Below, in pieces: positions 54,161 to 59,410 of a stretch of 59,410 nucleotides of DNA (position 1 is its first letter; every line of letters begins with the position of its first letter). The position numbers were made by a program, and so were the translations under genes. Below the pieces are notes generated by a model that ran no database searches, was not told where the DNA came from, and saw nothing but the letters and a program-made list of their open reading frames with translations. Source of the stretch: Candidatus Eiseniibacteriota bacterium (GTDB taxonomy: Bacteria > Eisenbacteria > RBG-16-71-46); assembly GCA_963725865.1 (NCBI GenBank), contig CAVSAC010000015.1, positions 1 through 59,410 on the forward strand, given 5' to 3'.

Positions 54161-54952
54161 ATGTCATCGAGGATCCTCAGAGTCCCCATCGCCGCACTCG
54201 TCATCGTCGCCGCGCTCGCCGGCTGCGGCCAGAAATCCCAGCAGGCCGCGACGACCGCGAGCGACAGCCTCCTGTCGCAGAGCCCGGTCGAGCCACCGCA
54301 GGGCAGCGTGACGCCGCAGGAGCAGTACCAGCCCGCGCCCGCGACCACGGGCACCCCGGCGCCGAGCCCGGCGCCGACGACGAGCAGCCCGCGGCCGAGG
54401 ACCTCGTCGCCGGCCCCGGCGCCCGCACCGGCCGCCAAGCCCGGCATGACGGTGGCCTCGGGCACGCCGCTCAAGATCGCGGTCGAGACCGCGATCACGT
54501 CCGAGACCGCGCAGCCGGGTGACGCCTGGACCGGCACCATCAAGGACCCGGTGGTGTCGGGCAGCAACGTGCCCATCCCCGCCGGCGCGCGGGTCAACGG
54601 CATCGTCAAGGCGGTCGAGCCCGCCGAGAGGGGCAGCCGCGCGTACCTGGTGCTCGGCGTGCGCTCGATCGAGATCGACGGCCAGAGCTTCGACGTGTCG
54701 GCCGGCGCCGACAGCATCATCGCGGGCAGCACCCGCGCGCGAAACGTCGGTGCGGTCGCCGGCGGCGCGGCGGCCGGCGCGCTGCTGGGCAAGGCGATCG
54801 GCGGCAGCAACAAGGGCGCGCTCATCGGCGGCATCCTCGGCGGCGCGGCGGCGACCGGCGCGGTGGTCAAGAGCAAGGGCTACCAGGCGACCGTGAAGGA
54901 AGGCACCGAGATCGTGTTCACGGTCAACAAGACCGCCACCATCCGGCGCTGA
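54161..54952 (+). CDS. Lipoprotein with Pro-rich linker and glycine-zipper region
   Basis: LAGC lipobox, IPAGA.V.G, GGAAAGALLG..IGG..KGALIGG. Confidence 0.8.
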   Translation: MSSRILRVPIAALVIVAALAGCGQKSQQAATTASDSLLSQSPVEPPQGSVTPQEQYQPAPATTGTPAPSPAPTTSSPRPRTSSPAPAPAPAAKPGMTVASGTPLKIAVETAITSETAQPGDAWTGTIKDPVVSGSNVPIPAGARVNGIVKAVEPAERGSRAYLVLGVRSIEIDGQSFDVSAGADSIIAGSTRARNVGAVAGGAAAGALLGKAIGGSNKGALIGGILGGAAATGAVVKSKGYQATVKEGTEIVFTVNKTATIRR

Positions 54953-55206
54953 CGCCGGACCTCGAAGCTCCTCGTCGCGGGGCGCGCTCCTCACCGGGCG
55001 CGCCCCGCGCGCAGGGGCCCGCACCGGGGGAGGCGCCGGGCGCGCGCGACCCCGGGATCACCCGGGCAGGACGGCACCTTCACCCCCGCGCCAGGTGCCC
55101 CACGCCGTCCGCCAGCGGAGCCCTCGGTGCACCGGCGCGTACACCCCAGGGAGCGGGCGATGCGCGACGCCCGTTGCGCCGCAACGGATTGAGCCGCCGG
55201 GGTGGA

Positions 55207-55222
55207 TGGCACGGGCGCTGCG
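55207..55222 (+). promoter_or_regulatory. Putative sigma54 -24/-12 promoter
   Basis: TGGCACGggcgcTGCg, GG-N10-GC spacing, about 77 bp upstream of ATG 55299. Confidence 0.55.
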
Positions 55223-55298
55223 AAGAGTAGGCGTCACCCAAGCCCTGTGTCTGATCCGCTCACGGCCCGCGCCACGCGCCGGGCGAAGGAGGAATGCC

Positions 55299-56255
55299 AT
55301 GAGAGCAACACTCACCGTCGGCCTCGCGCTGGTGCTGGCGGCCGGCGCGCTGGCCGGCTGCGGCAAGAAGTCGACGCTGATGGATCCAGTCTCGTCGAAC
55401 AGCTCGTCCAGCCTCGAGGAGGCGGCGGTCACGGCCACGCTCTCGCAGACCCCGGGGCTGATCGAGGACGGCGTGACCGAGGACCCATCGCAGATCTCGA
55501 TCGGCGGCGGTCCGGGCGGCGCGCTGGCCGCGATCCATCCGCTGTTCTACTGGCGCGTGATCACCGACGTGGACCGCCATTTCGAGTTCGCGTTCGCCGA
55601 TACCGACACCAGTGGCCGGCCCACCACCGCGCGGGTCACGGTGTACAAGTACCTGGCCGGACGCTTCAACATCCTCGCCGCCGGCGCGCCGGACTCGACC
55701 GGGTCCGACACCGCCAGCGTCGTGCACAAGCCCCTCGCCGACCTGTGGGTGCGCCACCTGCTGCTCAAGCGCGTCCGGCTCGGCGACTCCGACCGGACGG
55801 CATGGCGCGTCGCCGCCACCTCGGGTGTGAAGGTGACCTCCTTCGACCCGCGCTCGAGCCGGTCCGCCCCGGTGTTCGGGCCCACGCACATCCTCAGCCT
55901 GCGCGTGCAGGCGACCGACGTGGACACCACGATCGATGATCCGCTGGCGCTGTTCCGGCTGCGCGGCGTGCTGAAGTTCGACGCCGGGGACGCGGTGACA
56001 CTGACCGCGACCACCCGCGCAAGGGACGACGTGGTGGTGCTGATGTGGGGCGGCCTGAAGTTCCGCTTCAAGGACAACGGCGACGGCACCCACACCGGCG
56101 TGTTCCACCTGCCGATGATGGGCGGCCTCGGCCACGTGGGAGTGAACGCCCTGGCGCACGGCACGCTGTTCGACGACACCGCGCCCTACAGCTCGCAGGC
56201 CTGGGTGCTGCCCTACCAGGTGAAGCCGTCACTGCTGGCGGAGTTCATGCCGTAG
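55299..56255 (+). CDS. Lipoprotein of unknown function
   Basis: RBS aggagg, LAGC lipobox, clean ORF. Confidence 0.8.
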   Translation: MRATLTVGLALVLAAGALAGCGKKSTLMDPVSSNSSSSLEEAAVTATLSQTPGLIEDGVTEDPSQISIGGGPGGALAAIHPLFYWRVITDVDRHFEFAFADTDTSGRPTTARVTVYKYLAGRFNILAAGAPDSTGSDTASVVHKPLADLWVRHLLLKRVRLGDSDRTAWRVAATSGVKVTSFDPRSSRSAPVFGPTHILSLRVQATDVDTTIDDPLALFRLRGVLKFDAGDAVTLTATTRARDDVVVLMWGGLKFRFKDNGDGTHTGVFHLPMMGGLGHVGVNALAHGTLFDDTAPYSSQAWVLPYQVKPSLLAEFMP

Positions 56256-56322
56256 CCGGAGCGCGCTCCGACGCACGACGGGCGGCCTGCCTCGCGGCGG
56301 GCCGCCCGTCCGCGCGCAGGCG
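56250..56322. repeat. 73-bp structured direct repeat, copy 1
   Basis: Matches 58470-58542 at 71 of 73 positions and contains two hairpins. Confidence 0.9.
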
Positions 56323-56339
56323 GGCTCCGAGAGCGGAGG

Positions 56340-58256
56340 CTAGCCCCTCGATCGCCACCCGCCACCCCAGTTCTCTCGCACCTCCAGAGGATCGACCTCG
56401 TGAAGCGTGCGGCGTGCGGGTTCATCCTCCGAGATGAACCGCGCGACGGTCGCGACGACCACCTCGTCTTCCAGATACCGGCCATGCTCCAGCGACACCA
56501 CCCCGCGGAGCTCGCGGGCCTTCTCCTCGAAGGCCAGGGCCAGGCGATCCCGCTCCTCCTCCTCGAGTCCTTCGTCGAAGATCACTCCGCCAGCACCGCG
56601 CTGAGCTTCCCGGCGCATCCTCGCGACGACATCGGATTCCGCCGCTCGCCTCCGCAGGGCCTCGGGGTCGCGCAGGAATTCGTATCGCTCCGCCCGGCCG
56701 GCGGGCCTTCCCATCGCGTGGTCGTCGACGCTGAACTGCCTGGAGGTCTCGACACATGTCGCCTCCAGATACGGGAGGCCGGGCATGCGCGACACCTCGA
56801 TCTGGGCGCCCTGGAGATCTTCGGCACCGACTCCCAACAACTGTCCGAAGATGACCTTGCTCAGGATCCGCATCGTGATCGACTCGGCGACGCGCCAGGT
56901 CGCGAGATGGAGTGCGCGCGAGAAGGCGACGCTGGCCGCCTGGACCACGCGGCGAACGAGGAGGGCGCCATGCTGCGACCAGTCGCCGGCTTCATCCGCC
57001 CAGGTCGTCGTAGGGCGCGCACGCCAGTCCGGCCGGAAGAGCCGCGCGACCCGCTCGCCCAGGTGCGAGCGCATGAGCGGCTCTGACTTCAGCATCAACA
57101 TCGCTTCGTCGAGGTACTCGCTGCACACGACCAATGCTCGATTCGTAGCCCAGGAAGCTTCGTATCGGCGCCACCAGCGCTCTCCCGGGAAGATGTTCCC
57201 AACATCCAAGGACGCGACGCGCCGTGAGAAATAGAGATTCACGTCGGTCGGTTCGAGACGTGAGCCCAACCACGAGAGTCCGACTGCGGGAACCCCGGCG
57301 AGCAACCAGAAGGCGGGATGCCACCGCCACGGAAGTACGCCGTCGAGGACCTGTACATCCTGGCGCAGAACCCCGACGACCCCTTCGATGAGGCAACCCA
57401 GGGCGGTCAACCAACCCCCACGACGAGGAATGACGACGAGAATCGCCGAGCCGGAAGAACTGGCCCCGAAGTGGTTCGGGGCTGCGACCACCTCTGATCA
57501 GGAATGGAGTAGCCATGAACACGAGTGCGCCAAGGCGGTTCGTCCACGAGGACCGACACCACGAGCGCACTCCACTGGAGCACGAAGGCGGTGCTCATCC
57601 GCCTCGATGGTGGAGCAGCGTCCCGCGATCCGAGTCTCGCGCATAGCCGAGCGCGGAGAACTCCGACAGGATCTTCGTCTCGTAGCGATTCCGGCTCGTA
57701 GTCGTAGTCTGTTCGGTCGAGGAGGTCCTCATTGCCCCTCAGGCAGCCCTTCGAGGGTCTTGACGAGCGAATCCGCGGTCATCAACGGACATCGGTCGGC
57801 ACCCAGGGCCCATCGGCCGCCAGCGCTTCGTCAATGGCGTCTTCGCGCTGAGGCCTCTGTCCGGATCCTCTCGAAGACATCACGGCAGCGCGCGCCACCC
57901 CGCTTTCGTGCAGCGTCGCCAGGTACGCCTGATAGGTGGCCCAGCAGAGCATTCCCGCCATGACTGTGTGCGACGACATCGACTCTCGCCTGTGGATCCT
58001 CGTCCAGGAGGCTCAGGATCCGCTCGGCCAACGCACGGCCCGCGGCCCGTCGTGATTCGTGTTCGTTCTTCCCGTCCCACACGAATGCCTGCACCTCGAT
58101 CCGTGTGTCTGGTCCGGGTTCCAGGAGCCGCAAGAGCTCCTGCCGCAGTCGTGCCGCGAAGGTCCCGGAGCCTTCACCGGAATCGGTCCAGTGAATGGCA
58201 TCCCGGCGAGGTACGTCCTCGGTTCCGTGGACCGCGAGAACGATGTGTCGAGTCAT
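56340..58256 (-). CDS. Accessory alpha/beta hydrolase (lipase-like) membrane protein, frameshifted
   Basis: VLAVHGT, FVWDGKN.H..R, VDVVAHSHGGN nucleophile elbow (57831..58256), then hydrophobic segments (56340..57491). GC is lower than the flanks. Confidence 0.6.
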
Positions 58257-58469
58257 CGTGAGCGGTTGGGGATGGATATCAGTTCACCGCGGATCGGCGA
58301 ATCGCTGACGGGTGGCATGAGGCGGATCCGCGCGAATCTCCTGTTCACATCGTCCGAGATTCGACTTCCACAGTCCAGGCGATTCCTGGCGCAGCAGCGC
58401 TGCGCCACTGAAGCCAGGATGCCGGGATGTGCTCCGCGCGGAATGCATGGGAGTCTTGAACGGCAGGGA

Positions 58470-58542
58470 CCGTAGCCGAAGCGCGCTTCGACGCACGACG
58501 GGCGGCCTGCCTCGCGGCGGGCCGCCCGTCCGCGCGCAGGCG
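58470..58542. repeat. 73-bp structured direct repeat, copy 2
   Basis: Matches 56250-56322. Confidence 0.9.
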
Positions 58543-58548
58543 CGAGGG

Positions 58549-59059
58549 TCAGGGGTCCTCGTCCTCGGGCGGCCCCTCGCCCGGACGCGGGGCGCGGAAG
58601 ATCGCGGCCCACTCCTCGAGCTCGTGCTTCGAGAGCGACACCGGCTTCTCGGGCTCCTCGGTCGCGCGCGGGCCCAGCGCGCTGGCGAGGAACAGATCGG
58701 AGAGCGCGATGTCGGCGCCCATCGCCCGGGCGTGGCGCGCCACCTCGAGATCGGCGGTCACCACGGTGAGGCGCTCGACGCTGCGGACCCGCTCCTCGAC
58801 GATGCGCCGGATGACGTCGTCCGCCTTCTCGGGAGGGCGCGAGTAGCGCACCTCGACGCGGCCCGTGGTGCCATCGTGGCCGCCGCCCTCGGCACCGTCG
58901 AACACCACCACGAAGCTCGCATCGCCGGTGCCCAGCGCCCACGCCAGCAGGTTGAGGAGCTTCTGGCGCGAGTCGCGCAGCGTGCGTCCGGGCTCGGTCT
59001 AGCGCCGGGGTGCGCAGGATCAGGTTGTAGGCGTCGACGACGATGAGGCGCTTCTCCAC
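58549..59059 (-). CDS. NYN (YacP-like) PIN-fold RNase domain protein; frameshift near 59000
   Basis: LIVVDAYNL, VVFDG, KADDVI, VVTAD. Confidence 0.85.
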
Positions 59060-59142
59060 GGGCCTCCGGGAAGCGAATCGCGCGCCGCCGGTGTGCCCGG
59101 CGGCGCGCATCACTCTAGCACGGTGCCCGCGCGGGAAGCCGG

Positions 59143-59410
59143 CTACGGCTGCCCGCCCGTGGCGGTGTGGAAGATCTGCCCGTTGTCGCCCACCGCCCAG
59201 CCGCGCGTCTCGTCGACGAAGAACACGTCGTTGAGCCGGTTGCCGGCGGAGATGGTCTGGGGCGTCCAGCCGAGCCCGCCGTCGATGGTGGCGAGCACGT
59301 AGCCGGTGCCGTTGAGCCCCACCGCCCAGCCCTTCGAGGCGTCCACGAAGCACACGCCTTCCATCGCGTAGGCGGCGCCGGGGTTAACGAGCGTCCACTG
59401 CGGCGCGCCC
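59143..59410 (-). CDS. YCF48-like beta-propeller protein, 3' end only
   Basis: FVD...GWAVG...T.DGG..W repeats; runs off the window edge. Confidence 0.75.
   Translation of the reverse strand, partial: GAPQWTLVNPGAAYAMEGVCFVDASKGWAVGLNGTGYVLATIDGGLGWTPQTISAGNRLNDVFFVDETRGWAVGDNGQIFHTATGGQP

Noticed and set aside
52414..54876. 820-aa N-terminally extended leucyl aminopeptidase
   Set aside because: The extension is antisense to the lipoprotein gene at 54161-54952; the real start is ATG 53925 with its own RBS.
56250..58542. Integron attC cassette
   Set aside because: The repeats lack RYYYAAC/GTTRRRY boxes and no integron integrase is present.
10800..59410. Many long Arg/Ala/Pro-rich ORFs on alternative frames and strands
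   Set aside because: Shadow ORFs expected from stop-codon scarcity at very high GC; they overlap well-supported genes.
1..59410. tRNA, rRNA or CRISPR loci
   Set aside because: None recognisable by eye; a tRNAscan/Infernal run would be needed to exclude them formally.

Overview
This window looks like a single error-prone long read with two unrelated parts; many genes carry indel frameshifts. (1) Bases 1-~9990 have moderate GC (roughly mid-50s % by eye) and hold a podovirus-type virion module: head-tail stabilisation protein, small protein, tail/fibre protein, a large modular LPD23/HExxH protein punctuated by repeated xAxGG motifs, a GNAT, and an ejection/pilot-type protein. Bases 1-3268 and 3269-6497 form a loopless fold-back centred on CCATGG, which is almost certainly a sequencing artefact. 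(2) Bases ~9990-59410 are a very high GC (roughly mid-70s % by eye) bacterial chromosome, probably Candidatus Eisenbacteria or a relative, inferred from a FlgD/T9SS-like C-terminal domain and a C-terminal SWGxIKxMYR motif. This part begins with a dead IS481 remnant. It then carries housekeeping and envelope genes: PhzF family, amidohydrolases, M28 peptidase, pabB/pabC, glgP, PIG-L deacetylase, response regulators, S11 peptidase, Lon, rlmD, pepA and lipoproteins. The most notable signals are: a Lon with an intact protease dyad but no N-domain and a degenerate Walker B and pore loop; an orphan GNAT + BoxB-like di-iron oxygenase pair; a lower-GC hydrolase cassette flanked by 73-bp structured direct repeats with a compensatory base change; the xAxGG-delimited phage polyprotein; and a candidate C-terminal sorting signal. 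All assignments come from motif recognition by eye; no database searches were run.
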